A DNA stretch of 64,000 nucleotides from Candidatus Marinacidobacterium sp. (GTDB taxonomy: Bacteria; Acidobacteriota; Vicinamibacteria; Marinacidobacterales; Marinacidobacteraceae), in the NCBI GenBank assembly GCA_965243415.1, contig OZ251549.1, positions 2,290,239 through 2,354,238 of the forward strand, in the 5' to 3' direction. The position numbers and the translations under genes are program-made. The notes beneath the pieces are model-generated. The model was not told where the DNA came from, ran no database searches, and worked only from the letters and a program-made list of their open reading frames with translations. This document shows positions 30,050 through 40,030 of this stretch, one piece after another. Positions within the stretch are counted from its first letter, which is position 1; the number at the start of each line of letters is the position of its first letter.

Positions 30050-32577
30050 AGATCCCCGCGTCCGTCCCGAAGGCGTCCGCCCCCGGCTCCCGGCGCCCCA
30101 CGGTCCTCGGCGGAGCGCTGTCGGCCGTCGTCGCCGTCGCCGTTTCCTTCGTTTCTCTCGGTCTCCCGACGCCGGTCGCGGCCCACGCCTCCGCCCCGGC
30201 GCTCCCGACAGCGGCGCTCCCGGAAGCCGCGCAGACCGCCGAGACCGTGGAAGCGGTCGTCATCGAAGGGAACGACCTCATCGCCGCGGACGCCTGGCTG
30301 GCCCACCTCAGCGTGGAACCGGGCGACCCGGTGGACCGGGAAGCGCTCCGCGGCGAATTCCGCAAACTCTGGGACACGGGTTTCGCCGACGACCTCCGCC
30401 TCGAACTCCGACCGGGGCCCGGCGGCGGGAAGATCGTGGTGTTCGTCGTCCACGAGCGCCCCCGGATCGCCGCGGTGGAATTCGTCGGTTCCGAGGAACT
30501 CGACGACGACGAGATCCGCGAGAAACTGGAAGAGGAAGACGCGTTGATGCCGCTCGACGCGCCCTACGACCCGGACCGGGTGGTGAAGGCCCGGGAGGTC
30601 ATCGCCGCCCTCCTCGTGGACAAGGGCCGCACCGAAGGCGCGGTGGAGAGCGAGATCACCCAGTCGGAGGACGGCGTGCGGATCGTCTTCCAGATCCGGG
30701 ACGAGCAGCAGGTGCGCATCCGCCGGGTGCGGTTCACCGGCGTCGAGGCGCTCGACGAATGGGTGCTGCGCTGGGCGATGAGGAAGACCCGGGAGAGCCA
30801 CGCCCTCGGCGCGCTCCTCGGCGGCTCCACCTATACCGAGGAGCAGTACGGCGAAGACATCGAGAGCGTCCGCCAGGAATACCTGAAGCGCGGGTATCTC
30901 GATGTCTCCTTCGGCCCCCCGCAGATCGAGTACGAAGACGGCCATTCCCGCACCTTCCTCTTCTGGAAGCGGCCGAAGCGGTGGATGGACATCACCATCC
31001 CGGTGGCCGAGGGCGACCAGTACCGGGTGGGCGAAGTGACCGTCGAAGGCGCCGAAGTGTTCCCGGCGGAACTGGTGCGCGGCTTCTTCCCGCTGGCCCG
31101 GGGCGAGGTGTACGACGAATCCCGGGTGAACGACGGCCTGGAGTCGCTCCGCGAGATCTACGGCGCGCGGGGCTATGTGCAGTTCACCGGTTTCCCCACC
31201 TGGCGGCGGAACGAAGCGGAGAAGATCGTGGATGTGGTCGTCAACCTGGCCGAGGAAGACCAGTTCCTGGTGAACCGCATCGAGTTCCGGGGCAACTCCA
31301 CCACGAAGGACCGGGTCATCCGCCGCGAGATGTGGCTGAACGAGCAGGACATCATGAACATGGAACTGCTCAAGGCCTCGATCCAGCGGATCAACCAACT
31401 CGGCTACTTCCGCCCCATCGAACAGCCGGATATCCAGCCGAGCCCCGATGACGAAACGAAACTGGACATCACCCTCGACCTGGTGGAGGAGAACCGGAAC
31501 CAGCTCACCTTCGGCGCCGGCGTCTCCGGCCTCGAGGGTTTCTTCGCGAACGCTTCCTTCGGCACCACGAACTTCCTGGGCCGGGGCGAGACCGCGAACT
31601 TCACCATCCAGGCCGGCAACCGCACCCAGAACTACCAGATCGCGATCACCGATCCCTACTTCATGGACAAGCCGGTGACGCTGGGTTTCGATGTCTTCCG
31701 CCGGACGCTCAAGTTGCGCGAGTTCACCCGGGACGACATCGGCGGCCGCCTGGTGTTCGGTCTGCCCATCGGCCGCTGGTCGCGCGCCTTCCTGAACTAC
31801 GGCTACTCGGTCATCACCATCCGGGAACCGGACCCGGACATCGTGCTGAACCTCTACGACCTCTACTACAACAGCACCTACCTGGATCCCCGGTTCTACG
31901 GCCTGTCGGGGAACTTCCGGGAGAGCAAACTCAGTCCTTCCTATGTCTACAACACGGTGGACCATCCGATCTTCCCCAGCAGCGGGAAGAAACTGACCGC
32001 CTCGTTCGACATCGCCGGCGGGCGCCTGGGGGGGAATGTCCACTACTACAAGCCCACCCTCGAAGGCGTCCTCCACACCCGGGTCATCGGCGGCACTTCG
32101 CTCGGCTTCCGCGTGATGGGGAGTTACCTCCACGGGTACGGCGGCGTGCCCCCGGCGGACGGGGAGCCGATCGACATCTTCGATGTGGAGCAGACCGGCG
32201 TCCCCTACTACAACCGGTTCTTCCTCGGCGGCGAGTACCAGATCCGCGGCTTCTACATCCGTTCGGTGGGGCCCCGGAACGAGAACGGGCAACTGCTCGG
32301 CGGCAACAAGATGCTGCTGTTCAACGCCGAGTACTCGATTCCGCTGGCGGGGCCGCTCCGGGCGATCCTCTTCTTCGACGCCGGCAACGCCTTCGCCGAG
32401 GAGGACGCCTGGAGTTTCTCCATGCTGCAGAACTTCCGCACCTCGACCGGCATCGAGATGCGGGTGTTCATCCCCATGCTGAATGTGCCCTTCCGGCTCA
32501 TCTTCGCGTACAATCCCCACCGGGACTATTACCACCGGCCCACGGCGTTCGTCTTCGGGATCGGAACGACCTTCTAG
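30046..32577 (+). CDS. bamA: outer membrane protein assembly factor BamA
   Basis: ATG 30046 overlaps the clpC stop. POTRA repeats, C-terminal beta-barrel ending ..FVFGIGTTF. Confidence 0.92.
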   Translation: MKIPASVPKASAPGSRRPTVLGGALSAVVAVAVSFVSLGLPTPVAAHASAPALPTAALPEAAQTAETVEAVVIEGNDLIAADAWLAHLSVEPGDPVDREALRGEFRKLWDTGFADDLRLELRPGPGGGKIVVFVVHERPRIAAVEFVGSEELDDDEIREKLEEEDALMPLDAPYDPDRVVKAREVIAALLVDKGRTEGAVESEITQSEDGVRIVFQIRDEQQVRIRRVRFTGVEALDEWVLRWAMRKTRESHALGALLGGSTYTEEQYGEDIESVRQEYLKRGYLDVSFGPPQIEYEDGHSRTFLFWKRPKRWMDITIPVAEGDQYRVGEVTVEGAEVFPAELVRGFFPLARGEVYDESRVNDGLESLREIYGARGYVQFTGFPTWRRNEAEKIVDVVVNLAEEDQFLVNRIEFRGNSTTKDRVIRREMWLNEQDIMNMELLKASIQRINQLGYFRPIEQPDIQPSPDDETKLDITLDLVEENRNQLTFGAGVSGLEGFFANASFGTTNFLGRGETANFTIQAGNRTQNYQIAITDPYFMDKPVTLGFDVFRRTLKLREFTRDDIGGRLVFGLPIGRWSRAFLNYGYSVITIREPDPDIVLNLYDLYYNSTYLDPRFYGLSGNFRESKLSPSYVYNTVDHPIFPSSGKKLTASFDIAGGRLGGNVHYYKPTLEGVLHTRVIGGTSLGFRVMGSYLHGYGGVPPADGEPIDIFDVEQTGVPYYNRFFLGGEYQIRGFYIRSVGPRNENGQLLGGNKMLLFNAEYSIPLAGPLRAILFFDAGNAFAEEDAWSFSMLQNFRTSTGIEMRVFIPMLNVPFRLIFAYNPHRDYYHRPTAFVFGIGTTF

Positions 32578-32600
32578 CCGGCCGTGCGCGCGCCCGCAGC

Positions 32601-33284
32601 GTGAGGCTGCCCTCCACGCTTCCCCGAAGTTTCCCCCGACAGTTTCAGGAGTTGACCCAGGCGATGAACCATGTTGCCCGCCGCCCCCCCGGCGGCCTTT
32701 CCCGGCCCGCCCCCGGGGCCGTTTCCCGCCGGCGCTTCGCCTCGGCCGCCGGCGCTCTCGGGGCGCTCACCGCCGCCTTCGCGCTGGCCGCCCCGGCGCC
32801 GGCCCCGGCCCAGTCGGCCACGGGGGGCGCCCGGGTTGCGGTCATCGACATCGACCGGATCGCCCAGGAATCGGAGCGGGGCCAGGCGCTGATCGCCGAG
32901 TTCCAGTCGCTCCAGGAGGAGATCCTGCGCGGGCGGGGGACCCGGGAGCAGGAGATCGCCGATCTCACGAACCGGGCGCGGTCGCAACTCCTCTCGGCGG
33001 AGGCGCGCGCCGAGATCACCCGCGACATCGAGCGCAAGCAGACCGATCTGCAGCGATGGCTGGAGGATCAGCAGCGCGAGTTCAACGACCGGCAGACGAC
33101 CGGCTTCCAGGAACTCGAGCAGCAACTCGGCCCGGTGGTCGAGGAAGTGGCCCGCGAGCGGAACCTCCAACTCATCTTCCGGGTCACCCCCGGGCTGACC
33201 TTCATCATGGACCCGGCTCTCGACATCTCCGCCGAGGTGATCGAGAGGTTCAACGCCCGGAACGCCGCCGGCGAAGGCGAGTAG
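32601..33284 (+). CDS. skp: OmpH/Skp family periplasmic chaperone (alternative ATG 32664)
   Basis: Signal peptide, then a coiled-coil Skp pattern (VAVIDIDRIAQES..). bamA-skp synteny. Confidence 0.85.
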   Translation: MRLPSTLPRSFPRQFQELTQAMNHVARRPPGGLSRPAPGAVSRRRFASAAGALGALTAAFALAAPAPAPAQSATGGARVAVIDIDRIAQESERGQALIAEFQSLQEEILRGRGTREQEIADLTNRARSQLLSAEARAEITRDIERKQTDLQRWLEDQQREFNDRQTTGFQELEQQLGPVVEEVARERNLQLIFRVTPGLTFIMDPALDISAEVIERFNARNAAGEGE

Positions 33285-33363
33285 GGCCGCCGGCCCCGGC
33301 GACGGCCTGCCCGCGCCTCGCGGAGAACCCGACGGAGAACCGGCGACCGCCGGGGCGTCCGAA

Positions 33364-33837
33364 GTGACCGGTCCCGAATCCCCCCGGCCGCTGCTCGACC
33401 GGGTGTTCCCTCCCGCCCCGGACGGAGCGGAAGCGGCGGCCGCCCCCGAGGGAATGGAGAAGGGAGCGGCGCTCGGCGGCGCGAGCGGGCCGGGGGGCGG
33501 TCCGGGGCGTGCAGCCTTCCGGGGCGAGAGATGCTTCCCCGCCGACGAGCCGTTCTTCGCCGGACACTTCCCCGGGCTCCCGGTCGTCCCGGGCGTCTTC
33601 CTGCTCGAAGCGCTGGCCGAGTGCGCCCGGCGCTCGCTGGCGGCGGAGCACCCCGACCGGCGTTTCGTCCTCGCCGGCGTCACCGGGGTGCGGTTCCGCC
33701 GGCGCGTGGAGCCCGGCGACCGCGTGCACTTCGAGGCGTGGCCCGCCGCCGATGCGGATTCCGGGTGGGGCCGGTTCCGGGCCGAGGCGTCGGTGAGCGG
33801 CCAGAGGGCAGTCGAGGCGACGCTGGAGTTCCGGTGA
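33364..33837 (+). CDS. fabZ: 3-hydroxyacyl-ACP dehydratase FabZ-like (hot-dog fold)
   Basis: FFAGHFPGLPVVPGVFLLEALAE motif. 157 aa. Confidence 0.8.
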   Translation: MTGPESPRPLLDRVFPPAPDGAEAAAAPEGMEKGAALGGASGPGGGPGRAAFRGERCFPADEPFFAGHFPGLPVVPGVFLLEALAECARRSLAAEHPDRRFVLAGVTGVRFRRRVEPGDRVHFEAWPAADADSGWGRFRAEASVSGQRAVEATLEFR

Positions 33838-33874
33838 CCCGGGTCCGCCCGGCCGTCCTCCGGCCCGGGATCCG

Positions 33875-35365
33875 GTGGCCGACTCGCCTCCGGGTCGGTT
33901 CGACCGGTCCGGCCCTCCTCCGGGTTTCCCCCGGCGAGCCGCGGCCCCGCGCGCGGTCGGCCCGGTGAGTTCCGACCTGCTCGGACTCCGGGCGCCGCCG
34001 CGCCGCGAGCCCCCGACCGGCGAGGGGGCAGGGGGAGACGCCGGGAGGACTGCCGAGGGGGCCGGAGGAAGGGCCGGCCGGAAGAGCGGCCGCGGGGCGA
34101 CGCCGCCGCCCTTCCGCCGCCGGTCCTCCGCCGGGCGAACGCCGCCCCGGGGGCCCGCTCCGGGCCGGCCGCTCCTCGTCGGCCTGAGCCGCGGCGGGGC
34201 TGCCGAGGCTTTCGCCGGGCGCAGCCGCCGCCGGGAGGCGACCGTCATCGGCGCGTCCCTCACGGCGCACCTGCTCCTGCTCCTGGCCCTGCTGGGCCGG
34301 TTGATCCCCCTGCCGGACCGACCCCCGCCGCCGCTGGCCGAAGAGGAACCGGAACCGCTCCTCTACGCCTTCGAGGCGCCGCCGGAGGTTCCGGAGGCCG
34401 CGGTCGTCCCGCTCTCCCCCCCGGAGCCGGAACTGCCAACGGAACTGCCGCCGGAACCCGAACCGGAACCGGTTCCCGCCGCCGAAGCCGCGCCGCCGCC
34501 GCCCGCCGCCGCCCTCGTGATCCCGAAGGCGCAGATCGGCGCGCCCACTACCGGTTTCCAGAACGACCTCCCCTTCTCCGAGGGCGACCTCGACGAGTTC
34601 TTCACCGACCGGGAGGCCGGCGAGGACCCCGAGGCCCCCGCCGACCGCGACGACGCCCCGGCGCTCCTCGCCTTCGAGCCGGAGCCGGCGCCGGAGGAGG
34701 AGTTCGAGATCCCCGAACCGCCGGCCGTCCCCGACGAACCTTCCCCCGCCGCCGAGCCGGCCGCCGCCGGGGACGCGCCCGACGGGGCGGAGGATCTCGC
34801 CGCCCTCCTCGCCCGGGACCGGCTGCGCTTCGACAGCGACGCCTTCCGCGAGCGGATCCGCGACCCCGCCGCCGAAGTCCGCCGCCGGGCCGCCGAGATC
34901 GCGCGGGAGAAGGCGCGGGTCATGGCCCGGGAAGAAGAACGGGAGCGGGGCGAGCCCACGGACATCTGGCGGTTCCTCGAGGGCAAGCGGTTCCGCAACC
35001 CCGAGGGCGGCCTGGTCTCGAACCGCAACAACACCCTCTACTACGACGACCGGGGCGCGAACCTGGTGCCCTGGATCACCCGGCTCATCGCCGAGGTCCG
35101 CCGCAACTGGTACATCCCCTACGCCGCCTCCTACCAGGCCGGGCATGTGGCCATCGCCATCAGCGTGCTGCGGAGCGGCGCCCTCTCCTGGCTGCAGGTG
35201 GTGATCCCCTCCGGGGTCCCCGGCTTCGACAACGCCGCCGAGGGCGCGCTCCGGGGCGCCCAACTGCTGCCGCTGCCCGACGATTACCCCGGCGAAGACT
35301 TCGAGATCATGCTGGTGTTCTGGTACAACGAACGCCCCTACGACCTCTTCGGCTCCCCCCCCTGA
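33875..35365 (+). CDS. TonB C-terminal-domain protein, Pro/Glu-rich (start uncertain)
   Basis: TM helix ATVIGASLTAHLLLLLALLG, long PE-rich spacer. C-terminus ..VAIAISVLRSGALSWLQVVIPSGVPGFDNAAEGAL... Confidence 0.65.
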   Translation: MADSPPGRFDRSGPPPGFPRRAAAPRAVGPVSSDLLGLRAPPRREPPTGEGAGGDAGRTAEGAGGRAGRKSGRGATPPPFRRRSSAGRTPPRGPAPGRPLLVGLSRGGAAEAFAGRSRRREATVIGASLTAHLLLLLALLGRLIPLPDRPPPPLAEEEPEPLLYAFEAPPEVPEAAVVPLSPPEPELPTELPPEPEPEPVPAAEAAPPPPAAALVIPKAQIGAPTTGFQNDLPFSEGDLDEFFTDREAGEDPEAPADRDDAPALLAFEPEPAPEEEFEIPEPPAVPDEPSPAAEPAAAGDAPDGAEDLAALLARDRLRFDSDAFRERIRDPAAEVRRRAAEIAREKARVMAREEERERGEPTDIWRFLEGKRFRNPEGGLVSNRNNTLYYDDRGANLVPWITRLIAEVRRNWYIPYAASYQAGHVAIAISVLRSGALSWLQVVIPSGVPGFDNAAEGALRGAQLLPLPDDYPGEDFEIMLVFWYNERPYDLFGSPP

Positions 35366-35575
35366 CCGTCTCGCCGGACCGCCCGCCCACCCGCTTCGTC
35401 GGAACCCTCGCCGGACCCCTCGTCTGACCGTTTCCCGACCCGTCCGGCCCGATCGTTCGCGGGCGACCTCCCTCCCCACCGCCGGCCCTGCCTGTCGCGG
35501 GCGCCCCCGGCTCGACCGGCGCGGCCCCCGGGCCCGGCTGACCGCCGCCGCCGCCCTCTGCGCCCTCCGGTCCTC

Positions 35576-38062
35576 ATGAACGCTCTCGCGCCGGCGGCGA
35601 ACCCGGCCCTGCCGCCGGCGGCGAATCCGACCCCGCCGCCGCCGGCGAATCCGACCCTGCCGCCGGTCGCTGCCGCCCTCCGCGGCCCCCGGGCGCAGAA
35701 CCGGCGGTTCCCGGCGGCGATCCTCCTCCCCGTCGTCTTCGCCGTCGTCTTCCCGGCCCCGGCCCCGGCGGACGCGGCGGCGCTCTTCCCGGCGGCCTCC
35801 CCGGCGGTCCCCTCCGAGTCCCCCTCGGAGCAAGGTCGCCCCGGGCAGGCTCCGGCGCCGGAAGGCCCGCCGATCCGCGTCGGACTCGCGGACGGCGTCC
35901 CCGCGGCGCTGCTCACCGCGCCCGCGCCCTTCACGCTCCGGGCCGGGGAACTGGCCATCGAAACCGCCTGGGTCCTCGTCTCCCCGGAGACCGGCCCCCC
36001 CGAACCGGTCTTCGCGCTGGGATCGTTCCCGACCGAAGACGCCGCCGACGAGACCGCCGAGGCCTTCCGCGAACGGGGCGGCGCCGGTGTCCGGGTGCGG
36101 CGGAACCCGGAGGACGGCCGCTATCTCCCGATCCCGACGGAGATCCCCCCCTCCTCCGCGGCGAACCCGGAAGCAGGCCCCGCCGACCGCCTCCGCGCCG
36201 CCGGCTTCCCCGGGGCCGGGGAGTACCCCCTCGCCGCCGCCGCCGGCGACGCCCTCGTCCTCCGTCCGGTCGGAGGCGCGCCGATCCGCATCCCCGGCGG
36301 CGTCCCGCTCGCGGTGACGCCCCCCGGCGCCGGCTTCCTCGAATGGGAGGGCCGGCCCTACCGGGGCGAGTTCACCGTCTTCCGCCGGGGCGCCGGCGTC
36401 ACCGTGGTGAACCGCCTCCCCCTGGAGGACTACCTGCTCGGCGTGGTCCCCCGGGAGTTGCCCCCCGACCTGTTCCCGGAGTTGGACGCCCTGAAGGCGC
36501 AGGCGCTGGCGGCGCGCACCTACGCGCTGCGCCCGCGCGACGCCTACCGGGAGCGCGGCTACGACCTCTGCAGCGGCCCGGCCTGCCAGGTGTACGGCGG
36601 CGCCGCCGCGGAGCGCCCGCTCTCCACCCGGGCGGTGCGCGAAACCGCCGGGGAGGCGATCTACCACGAGGGCGCGCCCATAGACGCGCTCTACACCGCG
36701 GCCTGCGGCGGCCACACCGAGAACGCCGAGAACATCTTCACGAACCCCACCCCCTACCTGGTGGGCCGCGCCGGCCTCCGGGAGTCCGGGGGCGCCCGCC
36801 TGGAGGCCGCCGGCGCGGCGCCGCTCGACGCCGCCGTCGCCCGGGCCGCCGGCGCCCTCCCGCCGGAGTGGCTCCGCTCCGGGGATTCCGACGCCGACCG
36901 CTTCGAGGTGCTGGCGGTCCCGGCGACCCCCGCCGAAGCCGGGAGTGTCCTGATGGCGACGGCGGACTTCCTGGGAATCCCGACCTGCCCGCCGACCGTC
37001 TCCGCTCCCCCGACTCCGACCCTCACGCTGGCCGCCTTCGGGGAGTTGGCGCAGGTTCTCCGCTGCCGCCCCCCGGCCCGGGCCGCCGCCCCCTCCGGCG
37101 CCTCCCCCTTCGGCCGGACCCCGGAAGAGGCGCCCGGTGAGCCGCCGGCCGGCGTCCGCGCCCTCCTCGACGAGGGCCTCCTCGACCCCGGCGACCGGGG
37201 CCTGGCGCCGAACCGCCCGGTGACCCGCCGCGAGGTCCTGGCCGCCGCTGCCGCCCTCCTCGAACGGGAGCGTCCGCTCTTCCGCCGCGGCCAGGTGCGT
37301 CGGGCGGGGAACGGCCTCCTCCTGATCGAGGAGGACTCCCCCGCCGGCACGGCGTCCGACGCCCTCCGGGGAACTCCCGCCGGGGCGAAACGCCTCTTCC
37401 GCCTGACGCCGGCGAACGACGCCCTCCTCTACCGGGAGACGCTCCCGATCCGGATCCCCGGCCGCCCCGACGCCGCCCCGCTCCTGGCGCCGGTCCCCGC
37501 CCTGACCGCCCGGCTCGGCGACTTCGTCCGCTTCCACGCCATCCCCGCCGGACCGCGACCGGAAGGCTCCGGGGGGAGCGCTTCCGACCCGGCCTCCCCC
37601 GACGCCGCTCCCGAGATCCGGTTCGGGATCCTGATCCTGGAAGACCTGGGCGAGACCTGGGACCGCTTCTCGCGGCAGCGCTCCTGGCTGGTGCCCAAGG
37701 ACGCCGGGACGCTGGCGGAGGCCGCCGCCCGGCTGAAGCCCATCGGCGACCTGCTGGCGCTGGAACCGCTCGAGTACGGCGTCTCCGGGCGCATCGTCCG
37801 GCTGCGCCTCGTCGGCAGCGACGGCAGTCTGGAAGTGCGGGGCCTCGGCGTCCGCCGCGTGCTGGGCCTCTCCGACAACCTGTTCTTCGCCGAACCGCGC
37901 TACACCCCGGACGGCCGGCTGCGCGGTTACTGGTTCACCGGCCGCGGCTGGGGCCACGGTCTCGGCCTCTGCCAGGCCGGAGCCTACGGAATGGCGGCGG
38001 CCGGCGCCGACTACCGGCAGATCCTGGCCCACTACTACCCGGGAACCGAGATCCGCCGATGA
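35576..38062 (+). CDS. SpoIID/LytB domain protein
   Basis: 828 aa. LEDYLLGVVPRE, KAQALAARTYAL, YTAACGGHTENAENIF, GRGWGHGLGLCQAGAYGMA. Confidence 0.85.
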   Translation: MNALAPAANPALPPAANPTPPPPANPTLPPVAAALRGPRAQNRRFPAAILLPVVFAVVFPAPAPADAAALFPAASPAVPSESPSEQGRPGQAPAPEGPPIRVGLADGVPAALLTAPAPFTLRAGELAIETAWVLVSPETGPPEPVFALGSFPTEDAADETAEAFRERGGAGVRVRRNPEDGRYLPIPTEIPPSSAANPEAGPADRLRAAGFPGAGEYPLAAAAGDALVLRPVGGAPIRIPGGVPLAVTPPGAGFLEWEGRPYRGEFTVFRRGAGVTVVNRLPLEDYLLGVVPRELPPDLFPELDALKAQALAARTYALRPRDAYRERGYDLCSGPACQVYGGAAAERPLSTRAVRETAGEAIYHEGAPIDALYTAACGGHTENAENIFTNPTPYLVGRAGLRESGGARLEAAGAAPLDAAVARAAGALPPEWLRSGDSDADRFEVLAVPATPAEAGSVLMATADFLGIPTCPPTVSAPPTPTLTLAAFGELAQVLRCRPPARAAAPSGASPFGRTPEEAPGEPPAGVRALLDEGLLDPGDRGLAPNRPVTRREVLAAAAALLERERPLFRRGQVRRAGNGLLLIEEDSPAGTASDALRGTPAGAKRLFRLTPANDALLYRETLPIRIPGRPDAAPLLAPVPALTARLGDFVRFHAIPAGPRPEGSGGSASDPASPDAAPEIRFGILILEDLGETWDRFSRQRSWLVPKDAGTLAEAAARLKPIGDLLALEPLEYGVSGRIVRLRLVGSDGSLEVRGLGVRRVLGLSDNLFFAEPRYTPDGRLRGYWFTGRGWGHGLGLCQAGAYGMAAAGADYRQILAHYYPGTEIRR

Positions 38063-38235
38063 CCCGGGAACGCGCCCTCGGGGAGACCCCGGCGCGTTGA
38101 ACCCCGCCTTCCTCCGCTTCAGCCCCGGCCAGTTGCGCGCCGGGGCGCTCGTGGTGCTGTTCCTGGCGCTGCTGGCCCTCCTCCGCCGCTGCTGAGGCGC
38201 GCCCCCTCGCCGCGCCACCGTGTCGCCCCGCCACC

Positions 38236-40030
38236 ATCGACCCGCCGTTGCTCCGCAGTCAACGCCCCGCCGCCACGGTCCCCGCCGGCCGTTGCGCCGT
38301 AGTCAACGCCTCCTCGGCCCTGGACTTCCGCCATCGCCCGTTGCTATCGACCGCGGCCGGCCGACCGTCCGCCATCGCCGGAGCGCCGCCCATCGCCCCG
38401 CCACCGTCGCTCCACCACCATCGCTCCACCACGGTTCCCCGGTAGCCGTCGGCCCGCCACTGCTGCCCGTTCCGCCGTTGACTCGTCGCCGTCGCTCCGC
38501 CCCCGCTGTTGCTTCCGCGTCAACGCCCCGCCTGCTGGCGCTTCGTCGGCAACGCCCGCCTCCCGTCGCTCCGCCGCCATCGCCCCCGTCGTCGCTGACC
38601 TGCCTCGGTTGCCCGTCGCCTTCGTCGTTCCGCCATCGTCCCCGTCGCTCGTGATCCGCTGCGCCGACCCGCCGTATTCGACCGGTCGCCGCCGACGCGC
38701 CGTGGCCCGGTCGCGTTCGACCCTCCGCCGTTGACCGCGGCGCTCCGTCCGTTGTTGCTTCTGCGTCAACGCCCCGCCTGCCGTTGCTTCGTCGGCAGCG
38801 CTCGCCTGCCGTCGCTCCGCCGCCGTCGCCCCCGCCATCGCTGACCTGCCTCCGTTGCCCGTCGCCTTCGTCGTTCCGCCATCGTCCCCGCCGCGCGTGA
38901 TCCGCTGCGCCGACCCGCCGTATTCGACCGGTCGCCGCCGACGCGCCGTGGCCCGGTCGCGTTCGACCCTCCGCCGTTGACCACGGCGCTCCGTCCGTTG
39001 TTGCTTCTGCGTCAACGCCCCGCCTGCTGTTGCTTCGTCGGCAACGCCCGCCTGCCGTCGCTCCGCCGCCATCGCTGACCTGCCTCGGTTGCCCGTCGCC
39101 TTCGTCGTTCCGCCATCGTCCCCGTCGCTCGTGATCCGCTGCGCCGACCTGCCGTATTCGACCGGTCGCCGCCGACGCGCCGCGGCCCGGTCGCGTTCGA
39201 CCCTCCGCCGTTGACCGCAGCGCTCCGCCCGCTGTTGCTTCTGCGTCAACGCCCCGCCTGCTGGTGCTTCGTCGGCAACGCCCGCCTGCCGTCGCTCCGC
39301 CGCCATCGCTGACCTGCCTCGGTTGCCCGTCGCCTTCGTCGTTCCGCCATCGTCCCCGTCGCTCGTGATCCGCTGCGCCGACTGCCCGTACTCGACCGGT
39401 CGCCGCCGACGCGCCGTGGCCCGGTCGCGTTCGACCTTCCGCCATACCGCAGCGCTCCGTCCGTTGTTGCTTCTGTGTCAACGCCCCGCCTGCTGTTGCT
39501 TCGTCGGCAACGCCCCGCGCCGCCATCGCCCTTCCGCCATCGTCCCCGCCGCCCGTGCTCCGCTGCACGGACCGGCCGTACTCGACCGGTCGCCGCCGAC
39601 ACGCCGTGGCCCGGTCGCGTTCGACCTCCGCCGTTGACCACAGCGCTCCGCCCGATGTTGCTTCTGTGTCAACGCCGCGCCTGCTGTTGCTTCCTCGGCA
39701 ACGCCCCGCGCCGCCATCGCCCTTCCGCCATCGTCCCCGTCGCTCGTGATCCGCTGCGCTGACTGCCCGTACTCGACCGGTCGCTGCCGACGCGCCGTGG
39801 CCCGGTCGCGTTCGACCTCCGCCGTTGACCGCAGCGCTCCGCCTGCTGTTGCTTCTGTGTCAACGCCAAGCAGGCTGTTGCTTCGTCGGCAACGCCCTGC
39901 ACCGCTGTTGCTCCGCCGCCATCGTCCTCGTCGCCCGTGATCCGCGGCGCTGACCTTTCGTACTCGACCGGTCGCCACCGACGCGCCGTGGCCCGGTCGC
40001 GTTCGACCCTCCGCCGTTGATCGCTGTCGG
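38236..40030. repeat. non-coding tandem array, about 8 units of 189-246 bp
   Basis: The anchor GTTGCTTC[CT]G[CT]GTCAACGCC recurs at 38508, 38754, 39000, 39234, 39466, 39655 and 39848. The + strand is strongly C/T-rich. Confidence 0.9.

Noticed and set aside
38097-38195. Small TTG-initiated ORF (MNPAFLRFSPGQLRAGALVVLFLALLALLRRC) after spoIID, with high GC3 and one TM helix.
   Set aside because: It is too short, has a non-ATG start, has no visible RBS and has no recognisable homology. It cannot be supported from sequence alone.
33680-38218. Very long ORFs such as 33680..38218(-), 41498..44905(-), 19648..22737(-), 5..2686(+), 1453..5175(+), 28456..32577(+) upstream part and 56977..59556(+).
   Set aside because: Their translations are Arg/Pro/Gly-rich, lack motifs and lie antisense or out of frame to genes with clear family signatures. 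This is the expected stop-codon scarcity at about 70% GC.
38303-39568. Repetitive 421-aa (and 320-aa) minus-strand ORFs across the tandem array, considered as a repeat protein.
   Set aside because: Unit periods of 232 and 193 bp break the frame. All frames are open on both strands. Third-position GC is not enriched, unlike genuine genes here. The peptides are Arg/Gly-rich.
38236-40030. CRISPR array.
   Set aside because: The units are contiguous 189-246 bp repeats with no unique spacers. There are no 25-40 nt direct repeats and no cas genes.
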